Origin: an uncultured Bacteroidales bacterium
GTDB taxonomy: Bacteria; Bacteroidota; Bacteroidia; Bacteroidales; Paludibacteraceae
Length of the DNA: 64,000 bases
Direction: 5' to 3'
Assembly (NCBI GenBank): GCA_902784585.1
Contig: CACZVM010000011.1
Coordinates: forward strand, 5,824-69,823
The notes beneath the pieces were generated by a model that saw nothing but the letters and a program-made list of their open reading frames with translations, did not search any database and was not told the origin of the DNA. The position numbers and the translations under genes are program-made. Of this stretch, positions 17,652 through 27,623 are shown in pieces. Each line of letters starts with the position of its first letter. Within the stretch, counting starts at the first letter, position 1.

Positions 17652-18965
17652 ATGTTAACACTCAAACAAATCTATGACGATAAAGAGGCCATCATTGCGG
17701 GTCTCGAAAAGAAACATTTCCAAGGCGCTCGCGAGGCGATAGACGAAGTGCTACGTTTGGACGCAGAGCGCAAGGCCGCGCAGCAGAAGAAAGATGCAGC
17801 TGCCGCCGAGATGAACCGTATCAGCAAATCTATCGGTATGCTGATGGCAAAAGGCCAGCACGCTGAAGCAGAGGCGGCCAAAGCCCAGACGGGTGAGCTG
17901 AAAGCACAGATACCCGAGTTGGACAAAGCGATGACGGAAGCCGAGGAAGCGCAGACCAAACTGCTGCTGACCATTCCTAACGTACCCTATGCCATTGTGC
18001 CCGAAGGAAGTTGTGCAGAGGATAACCTCGTTGTGAAATCCAATGTACCCCACCATGGTGGCGACACCGTAGGCACCTGGGTAGGGGAAGTGAATAACGA
18101 TGAGGCCAAACTTCCTCACTGGGAGTTGGCAAAGAAATACAACCTGATCGATTTTGACCTGGGCGTGAAGATCTCAGGTGCCGGTTTCCCTGTATATATC
18201 GGTCAGGGTGCGCGTCTGCAACGTGCATTGATTAACTTCTTCTTGACCGAAGCCAACAAGGCCGGTTATACCGAAATCATGCCGCCGACGGTGGTGAATG
18301 CCGCCTCCGGCTACGGCACAGGTCAGTTGCCTGACAAAGAGGGCCAGATGTACCACTGCGAGGTGGACGACTTGTATCTGATTCCCACAGCAGAAGTGCC
18401 AGTGACGAACCTCTATCGCGACGTGATCCTCGACGAGGCACAACTGCCTATCAAGAACTGCGCATACACAGAGTGTTTCCGTCGCGAAGCTGGCTCATAC
18501 GGCAAGGATGTACGCGGACTGAACCGTCTGCATGAGTTCTCGAAGATTGAGATAGTACGCATCGACACGCCTGAGCATTCTGACGCTTCGCACAAAGAGA
18601 TGCTCGAGCACGTAGAGGGTCTGCTGCAAAAACTTGAACTCCCGTACCGTATTCTTCGTCTCTCAGGCGGCGACATGAGTTTCACCGCCGCGCTCTGCTA
18701 CGACTTTGAGGTCTATAGCGAGGCACAGCACCGTTGGCTCGAAGTTTCCTCCACGAGTAATTTCGACACCTATCAGGCAAACCGTCTGAAGTGCCGTTAC
18801 CGCCGTGCAGAGGACAAGAAAGTCACGCTCTGTCACACGCTGAACGGTTCAGCCCTGGCATTGCCGCGTATCGTAGCAGCCTTGCTGGAGAACAACCAGT
18901 GCGAAGAAGGAATCCGTATCCCGAAAGCACTGCAACCGTTCTTTGGCGACGATATGATTCGATAA
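17652..18965 (+). CDS. serS: Seryl-tRNA synthetase
   Basis: It has an N-terminal coiled-coil arm and class II motifs (FRREAGSYGKDVRGLNRLHEF, TLNGSALALPR). The start is moved to ATG 17652 (MLTLKQIYDD), downstream of the rpmA terminator. Confidence 0.9.
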   Translation: MLTLKQIYDDKEAIIAGLEKKHFQGAREAIDEVLRLDAERKAAQQKKDAAAAEMNRISKSIGMLMAKGQHAEAEAAKAQTGELKAQIPELDKAMTEAEEAQTKLLLTIPNVPYAIVPEGSCAEDNLVVKSNVPHHGGDTVGTWVGEVNNDEAKLPHWELAKKYNLIDFDLGVKISGAGFPVYIGQGARLQRALINFFLTEANKAGYTEIMPPTVVNAASGYGTGQLPDKEGQMYHCEVDDLYLIPTAEVPVTNLYRDVILDEAQLPIKNCAYTECFRREAGSYGKDVRGLNRLHEFSKIEIVRIDTPEHSDASHKEMLEHVEGLLQKLELPYRILRLSGGDMSFTAALCYDFEVYSEAQHRWLEVSSTSNFDTYQANRLKCRYRRAEDKKVTLCHTLNGSALALPRIVAALLENNQCEEGIRIPKALQPFFGDDMIR

Positions 18966-18992
18966 ATAAATCACTTAACACTTCATACGACT

Positions 18993-20687
18993 ATGAGAAA
19001 AGCCCTTTTCCTGGTTTCCGCACTGTTGATCAGTCTGAGTACCCTTGCGCAAACAGACCCCTTTGAGGAGTATCGCAAGGCCTTTGACCAGTTCAAGAAC
19101 GACAAACAGGCCGAGTATGACGCCTACCGTAAAAGTCTGAACGACCAGTACGCTGAGTTCCTGCGCCAAGCATGGGAAACGTTTACCACTCACCCGGCCG
19201 ACGAGCCGGAGAAAGAGGAGATGGTGCCTCCCGTAATCTATGAAGATCCGTCGGTGCCTACGCAGGACGAAGCAGCAACTGCTCCTGAACCAACACCGGA
19301 GCAAGCACCGGAACAAGTACCGACACCGCAGGAAGAAACTCCTCTGGCTAAACAGCCGAAAGCACAAGAGGCTGAACAAACACCTGAGGCAGAGCAAGCT
19401 CCAGAACCCGAACAGGCTCCGGCTCCGCTGCCGAAAGTAGATCCGCTAAAATTGCCGACCATAACGCCTATCACGGTAAGGCCGAAGAAAGTAGATCCGA
19501 AGCCTATCCCTGTACAGCCGACGGTTGTCGTTGTGCCTGCGCCTACACCTGCACCGGAGCCGATTGCACCGGTTCAACCCAAGCCGGAGGAGAAATTCAA
19601 ACGCGAGACCATCGCTTATTACGGTACTCCTATCTCTATTGCCTTCCCACTCCAAGACGACTTGAAGCTGAAGAAAGTGAATGAGAACGGCGTAGCCGAC
19701 GCATGGAAAGAGATGGCCGACAGCAAATATGACATCACCGTCAAGACGGCGATAGATGCCCGTAAGGCAAATGCACTCTGCGACTGGTCGTATCTGGACG
19801 TACTGCGTAACGTGACGGAGAAACACTACGGTCAGACGAATGAAGCAGTACTGATGCAGGCTTATCTGATGACGCAATCAGGTTATCGTATCCGTATGGG
19901 TATGGCCGATGACAAACTGGTGCTGCTCATCGCCAGTCTCTATCATATCTACGGTATGCGTTATGTCACCCTGGACGGCACGAAATACTACATCTTCGGC
20001 AAGAAGGGCGATGCCCAATTGAAGATGTGTAAGGCAAAGTTTGAGAAAGAGCAGTCGCTCTCGTTGCAAATAGCCAATCTGCCAAAGCTGAGTGACGACC
20101 AGACTCCGCGTCGCACGCTGACCTCCAAACGCGGTGTGACAGCCGTGGTGAGCGTCAACAAGAACATGCTGAATTTCTTTGAAAAATACCCGAAGGCCTC
20201 TATCAACGGTGATTTCGGTACACGCTGGGCAGCTTTTGCCAACACCCCGCTGGAGCCGGAAGTAAAAGCACAGCTTTATCCCCCATTGAAGAAGACCATC
20301 GCCGGCATGAGCGAGCGCGACGCAGTAGGTATCCTGCTCAACTGGGTACAGACAGCTTTCACATACGGCTACGACGATCAGGTATGGGGCGGCGACCGTC
20401 CGTTCTTCGCACAAGAGACGCTCCACTATCCGTATAGCGACTGTGAAGACCGCGCTATTCTCTTCTCGCGTCTGGTACGCGACCTGGTAGGACTGGACGT
20501 GGTACTACTCTACTATCCGGGACACCTGGCTACGGCAGTGGCCTTCAACGGACAGGAGCGCGGCGACTGGTTGACCTATCAACAACGGAAATACATCGTA
20601 TGCGATCCTACATATATCAATGCCGGTGTAGGTATGACGATGCCGGGCATGGATAATAAAGAAGCCAAAGTGATTATTCTGAAATAA
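18993..20687 (+). CDS. Secreted protein with Pro/Glu/Ala-rich linker and transglutaminase-like Cys-His-Asp core
   Basis: It has a signal peptide MRKALFLVSALLISLSTLA and a ~130-aa PEAQ-rich low-complexity tract. The C-terminal region has the order DCEDRAILFSRL...YYPGHLATAV...CDPT. Confidence 0.5.
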   Translation: MRKALFLVSALLISLSTLAQTDPFEEYRKAFDQFKNDKQAEYDAYRKSLNDQYAEFLRQAWETFTTHPADEPEKEEMVPPVIYEDPSVPTQDEAATAPEPTPEQAPEQVPTPQEETPLAKQPKAQEAEQTPEAEQAPEPEQAPAPLPKVDPLKLPTITPITVRPKKVDPKPIPVQPTVVVVPAPTPAPEPIAPVQPKPEEKFKRETIAYYGTPISIAFPLQDDLKLKKVNENGVADAWKEMADSKYDITVKTAIDARKANALCDWSYLDVLRNVTEKHYGQTNEAVLMQAYLMTQSGYRIRMGMADDKLVLLIASLYHIYGMRYVTLDGTKYYIFGKKGDAQLKMCKAKFEKEQSLSLQIANLPKLSDDQTPRRTLTSKRGVTAVVSVNKNMLNFFEKYPKASINGDFGTRWAAFANTPLEPEVKAQLYPPLKKTIAGMSERDAVGILLNWVQTAFTYGYDDQVWGGDRPFFAQETLHYPYSDCEDRAILFSRLVRDLVGLDVVLLYYPGHLATAVAFNGQERGDWLTYQQRKYIVCDPTYINAGVGMTMPGMDNKEAKVIILK

Positions 20688-21197
20688 ATGAAACGTAATA
20701 TTCTCATCTTTCTCTGCGTGTTGGCAGCTGTCCTGGTGACGGCTACCATCGCATGGTACGGTTATACCTGGTATGAGCACAAGATGATGCAAGAGCCAAC
20801 CGTCAAACCGACCGATCCGTATGCCACTCATGGTGCACAGGTGCTGGAAACCAACGTACCGCCGGCTGACCCTATGATCGTCGGCAAATGGGTAAATGCC
20901 AAGAACCCGCAGTGGTATAAAGTGTACTACGACGATTACGACGGCGAAGGCTACTACTGGGGCAAAGAGTGGGACGAGAAAGAGGATGTGCAGGAAGTGG
21001 ACCTCGTCTTCCACGGTAACGGTTGGTTCCGCTGGAAAAAAGAAGGCAGACAACTGTCTGAACTGCACACGATGGATGCACGTGACGTGCCCATCGGCAA
21101 AAACTATACGATCAGTCAGTCGACAACAGACTCGCTGGCTTTCTATGAGCCTGCTTTCCGTCAGACTATTTACCTATTCACGCGCGTTAGCGAATAA
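20688..21197 (+). CDS. Hypothetical membrane-anchored protein
   Basis: N-terminal TM/signal anchor (ILIFLCVLAAVLVTATIAWY). It abuts the flanking genes and I recognise no motif. Confidence 0.4.
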   Translation: MKRNILIFLCVLAAVLVTATIAWYGYTWYEHKMMQEPTVKPTDPYATHGAQVLETNVPPADPMIVGKWVNAKNPQWYKVYYDDYDGEGYYWGKEWDEKEDVQEVDLVFHGNGWFRWKKEGRQLSELHTMDARDVPIGKNYTISQSTTDSLAFYEPAFRQTIYLFTRVSE

Positions 21198-21931
21198 TGA
21201 TGACCCGCCGACAGATCTATGATATCATTGAGACCGAGAGTCATTCCTTCTCCAGTCGCCTATACGACTGGACAATGCTCTTCTTCATCATCATAAGCCT
21301 GATCCCTCTGGCTTTTCGCGAGCAGACAACGCTGTTTGAGGTATTGGACAAAGTGTCGGTCTCAGTGTTTATCGTTGATTATCTACTGCGTTGGACTACC
21401 GCCGACATGCGCTGCTCCAAGCAGCCACGTTGGAAAGCATTTCTGCTCTACCCCTTCACGCCGTTCGCTATCATCGACCTGCTGTCGATCATTCCCTCGT
21501 TCACCTTTATCAACCGTGCTCTAAAACTATTCCGTATCACGCGTCTGCTCAAGATCTTGCGTGTGGCGCGCTTCGTACGTTACTCCTCGAATATACAATT
21601 GCTGCTGAAGGTGCTACACAAAGAGCGGCATATACTGCTCACGGTGTTCTTTATCGCCCTGTCGTATATCTTCATCACAGCGCTTATCATGTTCAACACC
21701 GAGGAGTCGACCATGTTCACCGATTTCTTTGACGCGCTCTATTGGGCAACGACAACGCTGACGACGGTAGGCTACGGCGACATCTATCCTGCCACAGACC
21801 TTGGACGCATCATCAGCATGTTCTCCGCTCTCTTCGGCGTAGCCGTCATTGCACTGCCATCGGGTGTGATCACTGCCGGTTATCTAGAAGAACTCAAGGA
21901 GCGAAAGAAAGATACGGAGCCAACCGATTGA
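21197..21931 (+). CDS. Voltage-gated-type potassium channel (ion transport protein)
   Basis: The S4-like arginine ladder is RITRLLKILRVARFVR and the K+ selectivity filter is TTVGYGD. Confidence 0.8.
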   Translation: MMTRRQIYDIIETESHSFSSRLYDWTMLFFIIISLIPLAFREQTTLFEVLDKVSVSVFIVDYLLRWTTADMRCSKQPRWKAFLLYPFTPFAIIDLLSIIPSFTFINRALKLFRITRLLKILRVARFVRYSSNIQLLLKVLHKERHILLTVFFIALSYIFITALIMFNTEESTMFTDFFDALYWATTTLTTVGYGDIYPATDLGRIISMFSALFGVAVIALPSGVITAGYLEELKERKKDTEPTD

Positions 21932-22646
21932 TATCTTCTTCCGTTAGTTCGCGCACATTGCGCAATTCGGCTATACTATCTATATGCACATGCGCTCTGC
22001 GGTATTCGTAGAGCGCTTTTGCTTGCGTAAAGCGCAGGTATGGATGGCGCGTCATCTGCTCCGGGCGGCAGCGGTTGACAGCGATGCGCTGCACGTCACG
22101 CGGGTCGGCAGTGAAGAAGCGCAAGAGCGTATCCAGTTGCAAGTCAGCCATCTCTGCGTCCAATAGTTGTGCGGGACTGCAGTAGCCGCCCAACAACTGT
22201 CCGTAGCGCATGATACGCCGTGCCTTGTAGGCACCGATGCCGCGAATGAGTCGCAACTGCGAAGTATCGGTATGATTGAGGTCGAGGATGGTATCTATCT
22301 TACGTTGCGAGGACGCATAATGCCATCCCACCGAGTCGCGCCAGAGCGAGTCGGCCAGTCGCGCGGAGTCGTAGCGCAACTGACGCTCCTGTGCCCAACG
22401 GGCAAAACGCGCATCGTCCACGCGCCGGAAAGAATCTTTCTTCTGTTCCCATCGCGCCTCACGCACTCGGCGCAAGCTATCCCGCCGCAGGCTGTCGGAC
22501 AGATGTCGCAGACTATCCGCCTCAGCCCAATAAGGATCGGAAGGAGGGATGGCTCCTGGTTGCCAGCGGATGGCAACGACGAGCCAAGCCGTCAGTGCGA
22601 TAGCGAAGAGGATCAGAGCAGCTATACGTTGTCCATGGTCTAACAT
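21894..22646 (-). CDS. ComEA-like helix-hairpin-helix DNA-binding protein
   Basis: It has an N-terminal TM anchor and two HhH-like units (LIRGIGAYKARRIMRY; RHPYLRFTQAKALYEYR). It is convergent with the channel gene and overlaps it by 38 nt. Confidence 0.55.
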   Translation of the reverse strand: MLDHGQRIAALILFAIALTAWLVVAIRWQPGAIPPSDPYWAEADSLRHLSDSLRRDSLRRVREARWEQKKDSFRRVDDARFARWAQERQLRYDSARLADSLWRDSVGWHYASSQRKIDTILDLNHTDTSQLRLIRGIGAYKARRIMRYGQLLGGYCSPAQLLDAEMADLQLDTLLRFFTADPRDVQRIAVNRCRPEQMTRHPYLRFTQAKALYEYRRAHVHIDSIAELRNVRELTEEDINRLAPYLSFAP

Positions 22647-22651
22647 AGTGA

Positions 22652-23725
22652 TCAGGGATTTACAGTACTATCTATTTGTCCATCGGCCAGATGGGTAGTG
22701 ATGACATCACCAGGACGCAGCTGACTGACCGAACGGATGACGCGTCCGTTAAGCGTCAGCAGACTATAACCGCGACGGTAGATACGCTCCGGGCTACAGG
22801 CCGTGAGTCGTTGCTCAAGCATCTCAATGCGGTGGAGTCGTACGAGTCGTTGACGGTCGGCTGTACGCCGGAGGCGCAAGAGCAGATCGTTGACGCGCGC
22901 CGCCTCTGCATCCAGACGATGGATGAGCCATTCGGCGACAGCGGTGGGAGTCTTGAGTGCCTCATGTGCCACCAGATCGAGTACACTCACGTCGCGTGTA
23001 TGTCCGATGCCGCTCAACACGGGCAGGGAGAACTGTGCGCAGACGGCACAGAGCGTATAACGATCGAAACAACTCAGGTCGGTGGTGGCACCGCCTCCGC
23101 GGATGATGGCTACCACATCCCATCGATCGGCCTCTGCTTCGACGGTCTCGAGTGCAGCAAGGATAGAAGCCTCAGCACCTTCGCCCTGCATGATAGCCTC
23201 GAAGAGTTGTGTACGGAAGTGATAACCGCTGTGCTCCAGCTGATGGATGAAGTCGCCATAGCCGGCTGCACCGGGCGATGAGATGACAGCTACACGACGG
23301 ATGAGCGTCGGCAAGGGTAGCAGTTGTTGTGCATCGAGCAGTCCATCCGCCTCCAGTTGGGCGATTGTACGCTGGCGCTGACGCGCCAAGTCGCCCAGCG
23401 TGTAACTCGGATCGATGCCTATGATGCTCAGGCTTAGACCATAGACAGCGTGCCACTGCACCTCCGCCTCGATGAGTACAGCCATACCTGCCTGAAGGCG
23501 TTGTCCGGTCTCCTGCTCAAAATACGCCATGAGTAACTCGCGGTTGCCCGCCCAACAGGTGGCACGCATCTTCGCGGACTTGCCGTCCACCAACTCGAGA
23601 TAGAGATGTCCGCCTTTCTCGCTCAGGCTACTGATTTCCGCCTGAACCCAATAGGAGGGCGCCAAACCTTCGTTGAGCAGTTCGCCTATCTCAGCGCATA
23701 GTTCGCTTAACGTGTAATGCTTCAT
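22652..23725 (-). CDS. xseA: Exodeoxyribonuclease VII large subunit
   Basis: An N-terminal OB-fold region (YWVQAEISSLSEKGGHLYLELVD) is followed by the catalytic region (VAVISSPGAAGYGDF, IRGGGA). Confidence 0.8.
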   Translation of the reverse strand: MKHYTLSELCAEIGELLNEGLAPSYWVQAEISSLSEKGGHLYLELVDGKSAKMRATCWAGNRELLMAYFEQETGQRLQAGMAVLIEAEVQWHAVYGLSLSIIGIDPSYTLGDLARQRQRTIAQLEADGLLDAQQLLPLPTLIRRVAVISSPGAAGYGDFIHQLEHSGYHFRTQLFEAIMQGEGAEASILAALETVEAEADRWDVVAIIRGGGATTDLSCFDRYTLCAVCAQFSLPVLSGIGHTRDVSVLDLVAHEALKTPTAVAEWLIHRLDAEAARVNDLLLRLRRTADRQRLVRLHRIEMLEQRLTACSPERIYRRGYSLLTLNGRVIRSVSQLRPGDVITTHLADGQIDSTVNP

Positions 23726-25097
23726 TATATCTGATATATTTCATCCAAACAATAAAAATCAAGAAGATCGCATAGTAGACAACCACCATGGGGAGTCCTA
23801 TTCCAACTTGTGTGGTGCTGCCGGGTAGGGCCTCGAGCCATCCTACGGCATGATTCATCGTCCATGCAATGCCGCGGGTAAGGTGGCCTAACCAGATTCC
23901 GAATGTAGTACCGCCCAGGGCTATCGTCAGCAGTCCGCAGGGCACTAACAGCGTGGTCAGAGGCAGGACAATGAGGTTGGTGAGCAGAAAATAATTGCTT
24001 ATCTGCCCGAAATAATACATCGTTATGGGCAATGTACCCAGTTGCGCGGCGATAGAAACAATCATAGTGCCTATTACCCATTTGAACAGACGCCATGGGA
24101 GAGTGTCTGGCAAGTCTGTAAGGTGAAGCCATCGCTCCGCCTGCTTGGCACATATGATGATAGCCGCCGTAGCAGCGAAACTGAGTTGGAAACTGACGCT
24201 CCATAGATCGAGCGGATGAACGAGGAGGATGAACACTGCTGCTGCAGCGATGGCATTGAGTGAGAATGAGCGCCGATAGGCCATGCGTCCCACCTCCACT
24301 ATCGTCACCATCAGCACGGCACGAACTACCGAGGGCGTGAGGCCTGTAAGCCATGCGTAGCCCCACATCACAGCAATAACCAGAAGGCTAATCAGCCAGC
24401 GTCCGAGGCGGTTCTCATGACGCGGACGAAATCGTCCGCCCAAGGTCAACAGTCCTAACAGCAATCCGTAGAAGATACCTGTATGCAATCCGCTGACGGC
24501 CAACACATGCGCAGCACCGGAGGCCTGGAACAGGCGGCGCAACTTAGGATCGAGATCATCCTTACAGCCTAAGGTCAATGCCCCTACTACGGCCTGCTCA
24601 TCGCCTGACAGTCCAGCCTCGGCGAGGCGGCGGTAGAGACGTTGCTGCAGGTTGGGTAGGTGGGTCTCAGACGGCCGCAGCAAGTAGCGACGGACGTAGG
24701 CGGTACCGATAAAACCGCTGCGACGCAGATAGGTAGCATAGTCGAACGTGCCGATGCTGTCGGGTCGGCGTATACGAGTGCGCGCAAGGAGCGTGTCGCC
24801 TATCTGAGGTAAGGGAAGCAAAGTGTCGTGCGGCAGATAGAGGATGACGCGACCTGAAGAGGAGAGCAGTTGCGCTTCGTAACGCTCACATCGCGCCGTA
24901 GGACGGGAAGGAGAAATAAGAAGAAACCGATAGTCACAGAGGCTATCGAGTCCCTCATATTCGGTGCGATAAAGCAGGTTGACGGGTGTATGGCGCAGGC
25001 AGGCGTAGCGCGGCCCTATATGATCACATATAAGTATTGCCGCCACCAGCGGTAGCAGCAATACAATCATCGGGTATGCTCGAATCCAGTCTCGCAT
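23691..25097 (-). CDS. comEC: ComEC/Rec2-family DNA internalisation channel protein
   Basis: Polytopic membrane protein with the ComEC competence-domain motif GAAHVLAVSGLHTGI. It overlaps xseA by 35 nt. Confidence 0.7.
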   Translation of the reverse strand: MRDWIRAYPMIVLLLPLVAAILICDHIGPRYACLRHTPVNLLYRTEYEGLDSLCDYRFLLISPSRPTARCERYEAQLLSSSGRVILYLPHDTLLPLPQIGDTLLARTRIRRPDSIGTFDYATYLRRSGFIGTAYVRRYLLRPSETHLPNLQQRLYRRLAEAGLSGDEQAVVGALTLGCKDDLDPKLRRLFQASGAAHVLAVSGLHTGIFYGLLLGLLTLGGRFRPRHENRLGRWLISLLVIAVMWGYAWLTGLTPSVVRAVLMVTIVEVGRMAYRRSFSLNAIAAAAVFILLVHPLDLWSVSFQLSFAATAAIIICAKQAERWLHLTDLPDTLPWRLFKWVIGTMIVSIAAQLGTLPITMYYFGQISNYFLLTNLIVLPLTTLLVPCGLLTIALGGTTFGIWLGHLTRGIAWTMNHAVGWLEALPGSTTQVGIGLPMVVVYYAIFLIFIVWMKYIRYNEALHVKRTMR

Positions 25098-25112
25098 ACA
25101 TGTAGCCGCGCG

Positions 25113-26564
25113 TCAGCGCACAAACTTGAATGATTTGCCTTCCGTCGTCACACCAATATAGGCGCCATGAGGCAGAGAGATGGTGTGCAGATCCTCGGTA
25201 GTAGTCATCAGCAGGCGGCCGAACACGTCGAAGACCTTCACTTCCCCGCCCACCGTATAGATTTCGTCGATGCCCTGCGGGTTGTAGGTGCGAATGCTAA
25301 CCTCATAGACACGACGGTTGATATAATCGGTCACCTCATAAGCGAAAGGATGGAAGGTGGCTGTAGACATATCCACCGTATCGCCGGCCAAAGGCACGGC
25401 GTGCGTCAAGGGATCCTCCACCGTCACTTCCGGTACTACGGTACTCAGATCACGATTCTCGGGACGTGTAATATCCAACTTGAGGCTGATGGTATTCTCC
25501 ATCTGATCTATGTCGGCAGCGACGCCGTTGAGATGGAAACTATTGATCTGCAACCATGGTAGATCCACCGTTCCGCGTTCGTCCTGCAAGTAACGAATCA
25601 CCTCATCCAACAAGGCATAGGCATCGGCTGTGAGGTGCTGACTGCTGCTGATTGCTATAGGCATGCAAATATACTTCTTTCCTCCTCTCATCGCAGCGGG
25701 CACTTCGTGCAAGAAGGTCTGAAGCGGACCGTCGGCATTGAAGTCGTCAAGATTGCGAGTATAGGCGGTAGCCAAGCAAAGGGTGCTGCCCAGATGTACA
25801 GATACGGGCATCAGGCCTTTCTTGTTGATTGACGAGAGCATCTGTATGCGGGCACCCTGTTGCCAGCCAAGGGCTTGGAAGATAGGATGGTCGGCACGTT
25901 GAACAGTGAGGAAACGGGCATTGTTGGTAATGCTACCGTTGTCGGGTTCGCCCCAAGCCAGACGGTCAGGCGAATAGGAGAACGACTTCATGTTGAGTAC
26001 GGGTCGTCCGGACGCGCCTCGTGTGACTGCGAGTATCTCTGCATTATCTGCATCGGCATCCTCGGAGATCAGTACCCAGTCATAGCGGGCGTACTCAGCC
26101 GTGGAGCGAGATTGAGCGGCTGCCTGAATAGGAATGATGTTTTTGCCTTGTGCCACCAGATGCTGATAAACGCCATCGTTGAGATAAGCCTCCGACGTCT
26201 TATAGAGATAGAGGACGGGGTGCTCGCCGATTGGCGCTGGGGTGATGGATACGGTGTAGGTATCCACTGCGCCTGTAGAAGAGGTAAGCAGATACTCCAC
26301 GGGGCCGTTGGTAAAATCCTGCGGGCCACCGGGAATGAAGTAGCTAAGGTTCGTTCCCGTAAAACGCACGGTGATGGCCGTCAGGTCCGTACCATAACGT
26401 ACTTGGCCGGAGACGGTAAGGTTGGTATCGTCAATGACGGGTGTGCCTACCATAGCAGTCCAGGTGACGGTAGTCACGCCCGAATGATCGTTCACTTTTG
26501 CAGCGGTAGTGTCAACTCCGAGGAGGAGAAGGCCGGCCAACAAAATCAGTCCTATTCGTTTCAT
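25113..26564 (-). CDS. Secreted hypothetical protein with T9SS C-terminal sorting domain
   Basis: It has a signal peptide MKRIGLILLAGLLLLG and a C-terminus ...VKVFDVFGRLLMTTTEDLHTISLPHGAYIGVTTEGKSFKFVR. The start is set at 26564 because the promoter -7 box (26592-26599) lies in the longer ORF. Confidence 0.6.
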   Translation of the reverse strand: MKRIGLILLAGLLLLGVDTTAAKVNDHSGVTTVTWTAMVGTPVIDDTNLTVSGQVRYGTDLTAITVRFTGTNLSYFIPGGPQDFTNGPVEYLLTSSTGAVDTYTVSITPAPIGEHPVLYLYKTSEAYLNDGVYQHLVAQGKNIIPIQAAAQSRSTAEYARYDWVLISEDADADNAEILAVTRGASGRPVLNMKSFSYSPDRLAWGEPDNGSITNNARFLTVQRADHPIFQALGWQQGARIQMLSSINKKGLMPVSVHLGSTLCLATAYTRNLDDFNADGPLQTFLHEVPAAMRGGKKYICMPIAISSSQHLTADAYALLDEVIRYLQDERGTVDLPWLQINSFHLNGVAADIDQMENTISLKLDITRPENRDLSTVVPEVTVEDPLTHAVPLAGDTVDMSTATFHPFAYEVTDYINRRVYEVSIRTYNPQGIDEIYTVGGEVKVFDVFGRLLMTTTEDLHTISLPHGAYIGVTTEGKSFKFVR

Positions 26565-26591
26565 GCGGTTGTTGTTTGACTTTTGCGGCTG

Positions 26592-26622
26592 CAAAAGTAC
26601 TGCTTTTTTTTCAATTATGCAA
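26592..26622 (-). promoter_or_regulatory. Promoter for T9SS cargo gene 25113..26564
   Basis: On the minus strand TTG is at 26620-26622 and A8-GCAG-TACTTTTG at 26592-26599. Confidence 0.6.
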
Positions 26623-26704
26623 GATTTTGGTACATTTTCTTAAAAAAACATAAAAACAGCCCGCATTGCTGCGAGCTGTTTGGTTATTCTATTGCCGTGC
26701 GCAA

Positions 26705-27424
26705 TTAACGAACTTGCGTACCGGTCAAGTTGAACATCTTACCGTCGCGAACGATGTAAACAACACCGTCAACAACCATCTTGTGAGCCTTCTCGGTCAG
26801 CATGATGTTCTCGATGCCCTCAGCAGGAGCTTCCTCAATCCAGAATTTCGGAATGAACTTCTGCGAAGGAACTTGGTTGAAAGCGAACTCGATGCTCTCG
26901 ATCTGGCCAGCCGGCAGAGCGATAGCGACCTCAGTAGTAGCATACTGCTCACCCAGCGTAGTGGAAGGAACAGCAAGCTCCTCACCATTCACCTTAACGA
27001 TCATTGTCTCGAGGTCACCACCGGGAGCTTCTGTCGATGTAACCAAGAATTTCAGCAGGTCACCTTCAGCTACAGTAGGCAGAGCACCTTCGAACTTAAC
27101 GTAGTTCTGGTCAGCGTCCTTCGTTGCGCCGAAATACAAGCCTACAGAACTCTCAGTAGCGCCGTCCAATTTCTTACCACGAACAGATACCGTGTACGAA
27201 GCAACTGCGGTGTAGTCATTGTCAAACTGGTTGCCACTAACGGTTTCGTTGTTTTGTGCATCATAGCCCGCAAACCACTGGCTTGCATACGGCCAGTAAC
27301 CCTTGTCCGTCTTTTGAATGTAGGTCGAGCTACGACGAGTCGACAGAGTCTCCTCAAAGAGAACCTCAGCGCTCAGAGTTGCACATGCCATTACTACAGC
27401 TACTAAAGCGAAAAACTTTTTCAT
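26705..27424 (-). CDS. Small secreted protein with T9SS C-terminal sorting domain
   Basis: It has a signal peptide MKKFFALVAVVMACATLSA and a C-terminus ...HKMVVDGVVYIVRDGKMFNLTGTQVR. Confidence 0.55.
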   Translation of the reverse strand: MKKFFALVAVVMACATLSAEVLFEETLSTRRSSTYIQKTDKGYWPYASQWFAGYDAQNNETVSGNQFDNDYTAVASYTVSVRGKKLDGATESSVGLYFGATKDADQNYVKFEGALPTVAEGDLLKFLVTSTEAPGGDLETMIVKVNGEELAVPSTTLGEQYATTEVAIALPAGQIESIEFAFNQVPSQKFIPKFWIEEAPAEGIENIMLTEKAHKMVVDGVVYIVRDGKMFNLTGTQVR

Positions 27425-27501
27425 GTTAAATAAATTTTAAAATTAATGAATTAAATTGGTTATTGTATGTTATAAAACATAGTTTACATTTTACGACGGT
27501 G

Positions 27502-27532
27502 CAAAGATAAGACATTTTTTTTATATGACCAA
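27502..27532 (-). promoter_or_regulatory. Promoter for T9SS cargo gene 26705..27424
   Basis: On the minus strand TTG is at 27530-27532 and TATCTTTG at 27502-27509. Confidence 0.5.
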
Positions 27533-27568
27533 ATAAATTTGCTTTTTTTTGCATTTTTGTCGTTTTTC

Positions 27569-27599
27569 TTGCGTAATTAAAAAAAAAGCAGTAACTTTG
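27569..27599 (+). promoter_or_regulatory. Promoter for the sigma-54 response regulator / recF
   Basis: TTG is at 27569-27571 and A9-GCAG-TAACTTTG at 27592-27599. Confidence 0.6.
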
Positions 27600-27623
27600 T
27601 CGCGTTTTTGAACACAGAAGAAG

